From Trichosphaerium sp. ATCC 40318 (lineage: Eukaryota; Protista; Tubulinea), in the NCBI GenBank assembly GCA_038496445.1, contig JALMLS010000590.1, forward strand, positions 124,001-188,000: DNA of 64,000 nucleotides, in the 5' to 3' direction. The notes beneath the pieces were generated by a model. That model worked only from the letters and a program-made list of their open reading frames with translations, had not been told where the DNA came from and did not search any database. The position numbers and the translations under genes are program-made. Positions 1-12,578 of the stretch are shown here, in pieces (within the stretch, counting starts at the first letter, position 1; every line of letters begins with the position of its first letter).

Positions 1-1099
1 CCGCGAAGAGGAAACGGAAAAGGAAGAGATAACGACAAAAACAATCGAAAAGAAGCCACAAGCAAAGAGAAACCCACCAAAGGATGTAAATACATGTCCA
101 AAATTGAACTATGTCGCTCAATTGCTTTTCGATAAAGATTTCGCCCGCCACTTTATGTGCAGATACCTTACGCTACCGTCTATCACGTTAATGGGTCAAT
201 GCTCTAAACAATGGAGTTTCATCAAAAAATCAATACCAGAGGTAGAAATGCTCGTCTTATGTAACGCCTACGCACTAGAATTGCTTGAGGCACCGAAAGA
301 GTGCGTTTACTGTACAATACAGTTAAATAAGACTTTTTTTTACTCTAGAATCGTTGAAGCTGTTGTGGAATCGACAAGAAACGGGACAGGAAGAGTCGTA
401 CAAAATTACTGTGACAAAAACCCTAAGAATCTTCTAAAGCACATATTGACAGACACGTGTTTTGCAGAGAGTACAATTAACACGTACACGAGCGTGGAAT
501 CTATATTGGCAAAGCTTTATTGCCAGAAATGTGAAAAGAAGGCTAAGCCAGCAGTTGATAAAGGCAGTTACGACCCAAAGAGCTTAGATTGGCTGAAATT
601 CGATTACAGGCGGCTAGATCCAGTACTTGGGCATAGTATGAGTACTCGCTATGATCCGTATGATTCCCCTCCGACTGATGAGTACACTGGTAAATAAATG
701 CCTACTTAAAGAAAAACGAAAAAAAATTTCTGACAAAGTGTAGGTCCAGAGAAAGCCAGATTTAGTGTCATTGATAATGGAGAAGAATTGTTAGTTTGTG
801 GGGAATGCATACTGGATAATTATTTTACTGAAAAATGGAAAGAAATTGAATGGTTGCACAAGTCTAGACTATGGGTACTTAAAAACTTGATTAAGTGCGA
901 TAGATGGATTAGAGATATGGATATTTGTTTTGTACTTATCATGGATGATAACTCAACAATTAGAACAGTACCAAGCTTTAAAAACAAACACCTTAGATTA
1001 CAACAAGGAGAACATTGTATACAGATGCTCTGCTGGGAGGAAGATACTTCGTGGGATGATGATAGTACTGTTCGATGTTCTTGGATTGGAAAGTGGTAG
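1..1099 (+). CDS. 5'-truncated hypothetical protein with F-box-like segment (2 exons visible)
   Basis: Frame is open from the window start into ORF 104-697, which contains RYLTLPSITLMGQCSKQW (resembles F-box helices 2-3). An intron at ~691-743 (GTAAAT..TAG) joins it to ORF 788-1099. Confidence 0.5.
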
Positions 1100-2363
1100 T
1101 TCAATCTTCTAGTGAGAAGTTCGTGTTTTCTCAAGAATTTGGCGTAGCTGTACACGTGTTTTTTTCTTGTTACAGTATGTTTTGGGCAATGTTGAAAGCA
1201 TACAAAATTGTCGTGTAACTTAAGCTACGTCGGGCTATGATTTGCTATCTAAAATAAAAAATAATGTGTGAAGAAGCAATCAACCAATAATAATGGCTTT
1301 TATCAGGCACTGAAGGTTAACCTGTGCTACCAGCCAACACAAACACGTCGGTTTATTTATTACTTTTGTTACAGAACAGTAAAACCAGGGTTTGACTTGC
1401 AAGTGATCAAAAAATACTGCTCACTGGAAGCTATCAATGTTATTTCTCAAGTGTACGTTTTGAGTTGTATAATTAGCTATATTTTTGATAAGTACTATGT
1501 CTATTTAATGTTAGCGAAAAAATCTTGTGTTGACATGGCTTGTGAGCACAGGTATCCTATTTGTATCCAATCTAGCCCATAGATTTGCCCTTATGGAGTA
1601 CAGTGTGATGTAAGAGAAAGTCACGTGATTGCTACTAATCGTAGGTACCTTTTGAAAAGCAGAGTAACGTTAAATTAAATTAGCACTGTTCAACAATTAG
1701 ATATGGGCGTTTAGCGTATAGCTGGTATACATAAAATCTGACTTCCTAAGCGTATGTTCGCCTATTACCAGAGGTTTCTAGAGTAGTGTATAATCAAACG
1801 CTCCAAGGGGTCCCCTTTTGCTTAAAAACACCAAAGCGAATATGTGCGCCTAATTAACGTCTCCTGATACCAAACAATACGAGGAGAGCGTAAAAACACC
1901 TAAAAACCTCAACAAGTAGCGCAAAAAAGTATTTCAATTAGAAGCGAATCCTTTGTGCTTAGTTTAGACCGTTTTGCGCGTTTTATAACTGGAATTCACC
2001 ACACTGGTCTTTTATCGCTTGCGATCATTGTATTGTACTAACCAGGCCGTAAATATACTTACTTACCACCAAGAATAGCAAATAACACTAATTTACGCAA
2101 TATTCGAGAGTTAGTATTTCACTGAAGCAAATATTCAAATTCTTTGCGAGTTGGGTTTCAAAAATCCTCATTTATTCTCAATTTTTTTTTTGAATGACAC
2201 GCGCACTACTCACTGTGGAAATTGTGTTTTTAGTGATACCGAATGTGTATACTTAACAATAACTAAATATACTTTCAAGTCTGGAAAAATATCAGAAAAG
2301 AAGACCCACCGAAGGTATTTTTACTTCGCGAACTTAAACACATTATTTAAAAATCAACTCAAC

Positions 2364-3879
2364 ATGAACACTCAACAACAACAACAAGAAAACCAAACTG
2401 CCGCTAATGGAGCTGCAGAAACTCAACAACAACAAACTCCTGCTAAGCCTGGCGAAGATGAAATGACTGTAAGCGAAACGCTCACCGAATACAAGCAATT
2501 CGATGATATGAAGCTAGATAAGCAAATTCTAAGGTACGGAGAAGCTCTAGAGTAATATTTTAGTGCTCACACGCTTTAGAGGTGTATACGGATACGGATA
2601 CGAGCGCCCTAGCAAGATTCAAGAAGTAGCAATCGTACCTTTTAGCGCCGGTGAGTTTTTTTGCATTTTGTGAAAAAAAAGTATCGCTATCTTACTTTTC
2701 GCTTAGGAAGGGATGTTATCGCTCAAGCGCAATCAGGTACCGGTAAAACCGCTACTTTTCTCCTTGGTATCCTCAATCAAATCGATGAAACGAAACCACA
2801 CGTTCAAGCAATTATATTAGCTCCGACTCGCGACCTGGCTGATCAAATTCTTATGGTTTGCGAAAATCTAGCCAAGTACACCGCAATTAAGGTCGAACTC
2901 CTCATCGGAGGTACCAGCGTTCGCCAATTGAAAGAAAAACTACGCAATGATAAGATCCATATCGTAGTGGGAACTCCTGGTAGAGTTAATCACATGGTCC
3001 ATGAGGTAAGACTGAAAAAAAAGTGTTTTTAGAAAAAATCGTGGCTTTCGGTTTTTTTTCTCCATTTGCTGTACAATTTTTTCTTACTTTTTATTTTGAT
3101 AGGGATACTTGCGTACTCGCCATGTAAGAACTTTGTGCTTGGATGAAGCCGATGAAATGCTTGATTTGGGCTTCGCAGACCAAATTAAGGCTCTTTTCCC
3201 GCATTTACCATCTGACGTTCAAGTCGGCCTTTTCTCTGCGACGATGCCACCTGCTATGCTTGATATTACTGAAAATTTCATGCAAAAGCCTGTAAAGATC
3301 CTAGTCAAGACAGCTGAAGTAACTCTCGAGGGTATCCGCCAATTCTACGTCAGCTGCGGACGTCGTGAGTATAAATTCGAAACACTCATTGATTTGTACC
3401 ATACTATCTCTGTTGCTCAAGTCATGATCTTCTGCAACTCACGAAGAGAAGTACAACGTCTTCACGACGAACTCAACGCCCAAGACTACCCAGTATCATG
3501 CGTTCACGGTGATATGCCTCAAGCTGAACGCAAAGAAGTCATTAACGTACGTTTCTAGGTTTTTTTCTTTTTTGTAGAACAGCACGTGCTGACTCTTTTT
3601 TTTTAGCACTTCAGAGAAGGTAACACACGTATTCTTCTTTCTACAAATGTACTAGCTCGTGGTATCGATGTTCAATCGGTCAAGCTAGTAATCAACTATG
3701 ACTTATCTCAAGACTTCTCAAGCTACATCCATCGTGTAGGACGTTGTGGACGTTTCGGCAGAAAAGGAGTAGCAATCAATTTTATAACCGATAGAGATAC
3801 CAGGACTTTTGATGCTCTTCAGAATTACTATCAAACTCAAATCGAACCTCTCCCTGTCAATATTGGAGACTACTTGTAA
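2364..3879 (+). CDS. eIF4A: Translation initiation factor 4A, DEAD-box RNA helicase (5 exons)
   Basis: GYERPSKIQ (Q motif), [63 protein letters not shown]; four GT-AG introns; TAA at 3877-3879. Confidence 0.95.
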
Positions 3880-4011
3880 ATAATAATAAAAATGTACATA
3901 CATATTTAACACGAAAAAGAACTTGACATTGTGACTAAAAAATCTTTGGAAGTACTAAGGTTTAGGTTGTTTGGTTTAGTTATCGTCCTTCTTCATTCAG
4001 ATGCTTTGAAG

Positions 4012-6260
4012 GGCCAGCATCTATTTTTGAAAAGCATCTTTGATGCCAAGGACCTTTAATTCGCGTGTTAGATAAAAAAAGAAAAACGTAAGAGCGCATA
4101 CAAATGGTAATGATCAAATGAATGTAAAGTATGCCAAGCATTTTTAGGTTTAGCCGAAAAGACCCTAAGTTTCCACGTGTTAAACTTTAGAATTTTAGTA
4201 TTAATATCTTACCAAGGTACTCTATATTCTTCTGGTACTACACGTGTGATATGGCGTTTATATGTTGTTCTGGCGCCTACAACTTGAAGAACATTGTAAA
4301 ATTCCTCCAATGTTTGTATTTTATTCGCCTTTATCATCCATCTATAGCGTGCATTCAATCGACCAAAATGCGCTGTAAGCGTGTAAGTAGTTAAGTAAGT
4401 AGGCTTGGTAACTAGTCACGTACCAAAATTATCACTATTAAATGTAATTTGAGGATCCTAACGATTGTTAAGTTGACTTTTTTATTGGTTTGAAACAACT
4501 CAGACTTTCTTACCTCTATGAATACTGCTCTATACCAATATGCTCGATGTAAATGTACAGGTGCTATAACGAAAACTACTTCATGTGTATATATTACAAC
4601 ATCTAAATTCATCAGACAAAGATTGTAAGAAAAGTAGTATTGTTGTACCTGCTTGTTTAACAACTTTGTATGAGAACTTTTTCAGGTCTCTTGGGTTTGA
4701 ACATACAAGTGTCTATTCATGTTATTCTAATATGAAGGAAATAACTAAACATACTTTAAGCTTCAATCTAGAGGCTAGTTTTGATAATTTACTGACCACA
4801 TTACTTGGGCAACAAACTAACATCAAAAGTTATCAAAAGATAAATTGCAGTAAACAAAAAAGTAAGAAATCTTATCGTACTCATTGTTGCTGAGACAAAA
4901 GACGCTTCGTCTTCAGGTGGCGGATAAAAGCTTGATGGATGTGACATTATCAATCCAAGAACTGGAGGACGTTATAAACGATAACAATGATAAACTGATC
5001 TCAAACCTTCTGCTAGTTGTCCATCACCTGTTTGATCAAAAATACATCCTCCATCAAAAAAGAAACTTGGCGTAGGATCTTCAATATCAATCGGAACTAC
5101 CCTTTTCGAATAAAAGTCAAAGTTGCATATATTGTTATTATCTTCGTAATCCCATGGAATAAATATCTTGTAAGGGAACCCTTGGAAAGAAGCATAAGTT
5201 CGGTTTTTTGGTTCCAAAACAATATGTTTTCTAGTTTTCAAAAGTTTGCTTACCTATTTCAGTTTCTCGCTCAGTTTGCTTCATCCATGCGATTGTATCA
5301 AGCTGCCTTTGTTCTTGTTTAATATCTACAGCCATCAATCCAAAAAATCGATACACCTCAAAGTACTTCTTAATAAACCAAAAAAAACTTTTTTTCGCAA
5401 TGATTACCTTTTGAATTGGCTGCCACATGATTTCAATCTCTTCAAATAAACCACGCATGTTTGCTACAACACGTTCATACATTCGTTCAGCCAAGTACCA
5501 AAATAGTACATCTAGATTTTCTACTTGTCCTCCTTTTTGTAAAAGCTGTCTCAGTTGTCCAAGATGAAGAGATAGCTTAAAGATATACTCAAGTCTGTTT
5601 TTAAAACTACCTTCATTTGGAAGTACACGCGCATGCCACATTTGTCTATGACCCTGAGAATAAAGAGGCCAGTCTACAACTGCAATAGAAGTATAAAGCC
5701 TTGAGTTATAGTTTGGAGATCCTTTCGGATTAACAACAGCAATCTTGTACTTATCAGCGTCTCTCAAACAAAGCCTGATATTCTTCAAACAAAATTAGTT
5801 TCATTGTTGAACAGTATCCAACCACCAAATCACGTGATGGACACGTGAACAAAAAATCTGTTATCAATTTTAGTGCTTACCCCTGGTAAGACCACAGAGT
5901 CAGGAAACTTTGCTGAGATGTACGTTAAGAAATGTGGAACTTGAAGGAGGTTGCTAGTAGTATCATCGTCTTCTGCTACCAGACGCATTGTTAGAATCCT
6001 CGCATACGTAAAATCAGGTTCTTGGGTGACAGAGTACCACTTTTTCTAAACTGAAAGTGAACAACGGTATTCGTTAACGTCTAAAGCGAGAGCTATGGGC
6101 CGTACGTTTACTAGACTACAAGGGCAGAGTACATCAACGTCCAAGTGTGAAAAAACAATTATTAACACCTCATAGGGCAGCCTTACGGTAATATTATGTT
6201 CTACGTCTTATTTTTAGTCAGTTTTACACGACAGCTCATAATCTTGTACCCGTCATTGAT
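4012..6260. repeat. Direct segmental repeat, copy 1 (~2.25 kb)
   Basis: Aligns by eye with 8237-10550, starting at GGCCAGCATC..AAAAGCATCTTTGATGCCAAGG; long near-identical blocks. Confidence 0.95.
4209..6256 (-). CDS. F-box protein, copy A (multi-exon, unknown C-terminal region)
   Basis: Spliced N-terminus MTDVEHNITVRLPYEVLIIVFSHLDVDVLCPCSLVN-KKWYSV is a canonical F-box. Continues through ORFs 5231-5788 and 4972-5241 to the last exon ...LEEFYNVLQVVGARTTYKRHITRVVPEEYRVPW*. Confidence 0.75.
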
Positions 6261-6479
6261 TGTTAAGGTATAGTGTACGTAAAAACGAAATAATAAACTG
6301 TAATTCGCGGCAATTGGCACCAGACTTAGACTACTTTAAATTTAATAAAATACCCCACAAAAAGTCAAACTATTTCGGTACCTCGGTTAAAACACAACTT
6401 TGAAGAAATGTACAGGTTTGAAGCGGACTTGCTGCTGTTGAAATTGATTTATTTGTTAGGTACACCGTTGTATTGTGTA

Positions 6480-7389
6480 TTACTCCATAGTGCTGGTAAA
6501 CTCAAAGAAAGCTTTGTGTGCTTCTTTGTACACATGGTCTTTCTTAACTTTTTTATACAAAGAGGCAATCTTTTTAGGAAGTGCTTCCTTGTATCCAGTA
6601 CCAATAGCTTGAGCCAGAGAAACACATAATGCATAATCAGCCATAGATACAGAGTATCCAACCAAGAAACGTGAGTTCTTGAAGTAGTTCTTCTCATAGA
6701 ATGCTAACTGATCAAAAGAATAAGCAAGGACAAAAAACACAGTTGTTAAAAATACCTCGGCTTGTAGTTTATCGGTGATCTCTTTCAGCTTTTTAGGGCA
6801 TGTCTCCCTTTGCTTGTACACCTTTGAAACAAAGCAATTCTCAACAGCGAACTTGTTGCAAGTGTTAAAGATATCACTACGAATAGATTGGTACGCTGAG
6901 TCAATCTACAGAAAAAAATAACCGAATTAGTTGGCAGTTCACAAAAAAACGTGATATTGCGTTTCTATTTATTTCATAAAAGTTTGTAAAACGTACTGGA
7001 GCAAGTGCTACTGCGTTGTTTATAGGGTAAACAGGTGAAGGATTCTGAATACTAAAATACCTATTTTGGTGTAAGTGGCTAAATTATTTTTTGTATTTGC
7101 GGAGAAAATGTGTTCTTGTATGTCACCTGAGAATAGCGCTTGAGTCGCGTACTACCACATCTCCTTCAGTTACAGATGGTACTTGGTGCTTAGGGTTTAT
7201 TTTTAAGTAAGCTTCTTGTTTGTGCTCGCCGTTGAGCAAATCTACGGGCTGATAGACACTTTATTAGCGACCAAGTTGTTTCTGTTTGACGATGAGTACC
7301 TTGAGAGTTACATCAGTGCCAGTGGCAAGAGCACCAATGTGAGCAATACGGCATGGAGCAGATAGGAAAAGGTAATGAATAGTGGCCAT
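6480..7389 (-). CDS. GST: Glutathione S-transferase (Ser-type, theta/delta-like)
   Basis: MATIHYLFLSAPCRIA..., VDLLNGEHKQEAYLKINPKHQVPS, RDSSAILR, C-domain FLVGYSVSMADY; 4 introns. Confidence 0.9.
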
Positions 7390-8236
7390 TAGAGTTATAG
7401 TTTTGAGATAATGATCAAGTGATGCCAAGTCACGAAGACGGAACAGTTTCTAAAAAAGGAAGGTACGCCGAGCGGTTTTTTTTTGCTGTCCTCGGGAATA
7501 TTCCGTCTTCTCTGAAATGTAAACCGAGCTCTAAATCGTAGCGTTAAAATCCATCACATCCACCATACTACGTTTGGCATTTTGTGTGTTTACATAAACG
7601 ATAGGATATCGTAAACTCTTCGAAGGAAAAAAAAAAACGTCATTAAACGACCTATCACTATTTCTTTCGAACGCATAAGTAGGTTTGCTTTGAATAGGTC
7701 CTCCCCGCTGTGAGCTCCGGTGTAACCTATAATGAAGGGCTTGGTTAGATACAACAAGTTCTTCTACAGTACTTGTACAAAGAGGTTTCCGTCTTTCTGT
7801 ATTTTTTTTTCAAGATTTCACTTTCGTATTGTTTGTCGAGTTGAACACAAATTGCTGATTCAATTTGGCTGAGTCGGTGAACGTTTTAAACTAACTTATT
7901 TCATGGGGCTTTTAGCTAAACCTGTTAAGTTGTCAATCATGTAACGTAAACAGTAGACAAGGTAATGATAGAATCATTGTGGGTCGCTATTTATGAAAGA
8001 CAAACATGAAGGAAAATAATTCGCAACACATTCTGTTTGTTTCAGTTTGAATGGTTTGTAACCAACTATGAAAGGACTTGCACTATATCTTTAATTTCAG
8101 TTTGTATATATATTGTTCCGCATGTTAGCCGTTTCCAAATCAAGATTATTAAGGTTGAGTAGAAAATGGTGTGTCAGAATTACCGTTAAAGTCTTGTTTA
8201 TAGCTTTCTGTTTGCTACGATTTTTCTGCTTTGCAC

Positions 8237-10550
8237 GGCCAGCATCTTTTGCTAAAAAGCATCTTTGATGCCAAGGACCTTTAATTCACGTGTTAGATAA
8301 TAAAAAGAAAAACGTAAGAGCACATACAAATGGTAATGATCAAATGAATGTAAAATATGCCAACACTTTAGAGGCGAAGGTGAACGAAGCCTAAAGTTTC
8401 CATGTTTAACCCTTAGAATTTTGATTTTAATCTCACCATGGCACTCTGCATTCTTCTGGTACTACACGTGTGATATGACGTTTATATGTTGTTCTGGCGC
8501 CTACAACTTGAAGAACATTGTAAAATTCCTCCAATGTTTGTATTTTATTGGCCTTTATCATCCATCTATAGCGTGCATTCAATTGACCAAAATGCGCTGC
8601 GAGCGTGTAAGTAGGTTTGGTAACTAGTCACATACCAAAATTATCACTATTAAATGTAATTTGAGGATCCTAAAGATTGTTAAGTTGCCTTTCTTTTTGG
8701 TTTTGAAACAATTCACCTCAATGAATACTACTCTATACCAATATGCTCGATGTATTTCTGCAAATGCTACAAAGAAAAATACACTATGTGTATGTATTAC
8801 AACATCTAAATTCATCAGACAAAGACTGCAATAAAGTATTGTTGTACCTACTTGCTTAAAAGCTGCGTATGAGAACTTTTTCAGGTCTCTTGGGTTTGAA
8901 CATACAAGTGTCTATTCATGTTATTCTAATATGAAGGAAATAACTAAACATACCTTAAGCTTCAATCTAGAGGCTAGCTTCGATAATTTACTCACCACAT
9001 TACTTGGGCAACAAACTAACATCAAAAGTTATCAAAAGAAAAATTGCAATAAACAAAAAGTAAGAAATCTTATCGTACTCATTGTTGCTGAGACAAAAGA
9101 CGCTTCGTCTTCAGGTGGCGGATAAAAGCTTGATGGATGTGACATTATCAATCCAAGAACTGGAGGACGTTATAAACGATAACAATGATAAACTGATCTC
9201 AAACCTTCTGCTAGTTGTCCATCACCTGTTTGATCAAAAATACATCCTCCATCAAAAAAGAAACTTGGCGTAGGATCTTCAATATCAATCGGAACTACCC
9301 TTTTCGAATAAAAGTCAAAGTTACATATATTGTTATTATCTTCGTAATCCCATGGAATAAATATCTTGTAAGGGAACCCTTGGAAAGAAGCATAAGTTTA
9401 AGTTTAGTTTTTTGGTTGAACTAAGATTGTTTTCGTAAGTTTGGTTACCTATTTCTGTTTCTTGCTCGGTTTTCTTCATCCATGCGATTGTATCAATCTG
9501 TGTTTTTTCTTGCTTATTATCTATAGCCATCAATCCAAAAAATCGATACACCTCACACGTACTTCTTAATAAACCAAAAAAAAGCTTGTGTTTTGGTTTT
9601 GCCTTTTTAAATGGCTGCCAAATGATTTCAATCTCTTCAAATAAACCACGCATGTTTGCTACAACACGTTCATACACTCGCTCAGCTAGGTACCAAAAAA
9701 GTATATCTAGGTTTTCCACTTGTCCTCCTTTTTGTAAAAGCTGTCTCAGTTGTCCAAGATGAAGAGATAGCTTAAAGGTATACTCAGGTCTATTTTTACC
9801 ACTACCATCATTTGGAATAATACCATCTCCCAATCGTCTATTGTTAACACTAGCTTCGTCTAGAATTAGACATGCATTCCACATTTGTCTATGACCCTGA
9901 GAATAAAGAGGCCAGTCTACAACTGCAACAGAAGTATAAAGCCTTGAGTTATAGTTTGGAGATCGTTTCGGATTAACAACAGCAATCTTGTACTTATCAG
10001 CGTCTCTCAACCAAAGCCTGATATTCTTCAAACAAAATTAGTTTCATTGTCGTGAACAGTATCCAAACAAAGATAGATAGTCTTCATGCAAAAATTAGAT
10101 TCAATTCTGGAGTAAGCCCAAAAAATACCAACCACGTGGTGCACGTGAACTAAAATATTTTGAAAGAGAATATGCATACCGTTGGAAGGATCATCTCATC
10201 ATCATAGCTCGTTGCTGAGATGTACGTTAAGAAATGTGGAACTTTAGGGAGGTTACTGGCACTATAACTGTCTCTTGTTACCAGACGCATTGTTAGAATC
10301 CTCGCATACATAAAATCAGGTTCTTGGGTGACAGAGTACCACTTTTTCTAAACTGAAAGTGAACAACGGTATTCGTTAACGTCTAAAGTAAGAAATATGG
10401 TCCGTACGTTTACTAGACTACAAGGGCAGAGTACATCAACGTCCAAGTGTGAAAAAACAATTATTAACACCTCGTAGGGTAGATTTATGGTAAGTTCTAC
10501 ATCTTGTTTTTAGGTGTGTTTTTAAGAGTCACAATTTTACCTGTCATCAA
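8237..10550. repeat. Direct segmental repeat, copy 2 (~2.3 kb)
   Basis: Paralogous to 4012-6260. Confidence 0.95.
8433..10547 (-). CDS. F-box protein, copy B
   Basis: MTDVELTINLPYEVLIIVFSHLDVDVLCPCSLVN...; exon structure matches copy A where compared; includes ORF 9336-10031; ends VVPEECRVPW* (TGA). Confidence 0.75.
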
Positions 10551-10857
10551 TATTTACGTTTGTAGAATGATATTATAAACTGTGCTTGAGCAGTAAACTT
10601 GAGTGACACGAGCAAAAATAACGCAAAAAACAAATTTCAAATTTCTACTTGCTTCTTGAGCTGCTAGAGACTTTTTTCATGTAATATTTGCCGCTCACCC
10701 ACTGTATTAAAGTATTGGCGTACTTGTACGTAAATGACAACTGATGAAATCTGTAATGGTACTGTACATTCCGTAATCCGACTTAATTAGAACATTTAAG
10801 TCTACTTCAAAGTGTACCAAACGCTTGCCGTTACAGCTCGTAGCAAAAAGATTTAGT

Positions 10858-12405
10858 ATGAAAACAGGCAAAAAATTACTAGCTGTTGATGTTTGTGGGA
10901 TCGATGCACTTACATCACTATCGCACGTGGATCAATCGTTCAGATTTGATTGATGAGTTAACCTGGAATTTAGATCTCTCACTGCTTTTGACGCTCCAGA
11001 AAGAGTTCTACCATGTTTGAGAGATGTAACTGAGTTTTGCGATCTCGTCATCTACGTCTTCGAGACAGGCGCTTCGAAACCCGTTGTTAAAGTACGAACC
11101 TCTAAAGTACGCCTAGCTTCGAAGTCCAGGTACTACTATTCGTCTCAACAGTGGTACTTATTTATTCCATTAGCGCTTTCAAAGAAGCTTTAAGAAGTAT
11201 CGCTTCAAGTAATGCGGCTGACAGCGTGATCTGCTATCACCTCATTAAAGGCGAAACTGTTAAGTCAGCCATTGAGTGCCTGAATATCTTGTCAAGCGAG
11301 AAATTAGATAAAAGATGTTTAATAAGATGTGCAAGGCAAGATGTTGATATTGTATTGGGTGTATTGAAAAAACTACAACTTGTGCGTTGAGAAATTAAGT
11401 TGTGTTTTTTTTGTTGCTTATTAGTTGTAACGCTTTTTTAGTTGTCGGAACACGACCTCAACAATCAGCTAACGTGTAAAGCAATCGCTAAAGCAAACAA
11501 TATTCACTCGATTGAGCGTTTATTAAGTGTTTCAAAGGAGCACTCAGCGTGTTACGAGCCTGCTTTGAATCAACTAGTTTCACTCTACACTACCGCCGTT
11601 CTAGTCAAGTATTTAGTAGATTCTAAACAACCAGTATCCCTTCCCTTAAGCGTTGTTGAGCGCATGTGGGAAGATTACAAATGTGGGAGCTCACGTGGAA
11701 AGTATATCAGCTCTTCAGCTGATTTATGGATTCTTGCTTGTAAGTTGTTGGTAATTGTTGCTGCTTTTTTTAACCCAGTTTAGGTATGGGATCTCACTAT
11801 GACTTGGCTGCTGATATTGAAGGATCTCTTCCTTGTGCATTCGCGGGATATCTGTGGAAGATGTCAGCTGCAAATTCGTATTGGTGGACATCTTTGTGGG
11901 GAGATATTGTCAACTATCAAGTTTCCGATCCGAAGCTAATGGCGCTTGGTTTCGATTTCCAGTAAGTTACATTTATTTACACAACTGACGGCTATAGGTC
12001 ATCTACCAAAATGCCTTGCACTGTTGAGAGTCCGAAAGGAAAAACTGAGGTCGTAACCTTTAACCCTTTGAAGCAAGTTACACGCACTAAGCAATATGGT
12101 GGAGGGTTACTCTGGTATGGCGTGTATTATGTTTCTAGTAGCTAACTGCCTTTAGGCTGCTGTTCTCTAAGCGGGGTGACGAAGACATGTTTGAGACCTA
12201 CCTACATTTCCCAGCAGATATTGTCAAAGCACTTTTCCGCGTTCCTTATTCCGTTCAGTACAATTTTCCTCTTCGCACAATATGCAAGTCGGTCAACTTT
12301 AGTTCGGGTTATGACAGCGAGCATGATAGTTATGAACGATTTACAGACTGCTTAGTTAACTCGACTGTAGAAATTGTAAGTGTAGATATTACTTTAGATC
12401 AATAA
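10858..12405 (+). CDS. Hypothetical protein (multi-exon)
   Basis: ATG 10858; ORF fragments 11151-11390, 11442-11783 and 12187-12405 are separated by short GT-AG introns; no recognisable motif. Confidence 0.6.
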
Positions 12406-12578
12406 ACAAAATATAATTACAAACCTCAACCTTTGCTACTTCCATCAAAACTCACTGTTCGTTGCATTTAAACTTCAGGAATTATAAGCTAATGTACAGT
12501 GTTATAACTCATGGGCTCTGTTGGTATGTTTGTCAACAAAACCGATCCATCAATGACTGAGACAATTTGAATAAATGA

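Noticed and set aside
7422-7760. MPSH... start resembling RPL39, and a GC-rich hairpin near 7694-7730 as a possible H/ACA RNA
   Set aside because: Similarity ends after four residues, the ATG is only ~30 nt from the divergent GST start, and there is no convincing H/ACA box arrangement.
4585-9424. Plus-strand ORFs 4585-5322 and 8931-9424 conserved between the duplicates
   Set aside because: They are antisense shadows of the minus-strand F-box genes; the conservation reflects the DNA duplication.
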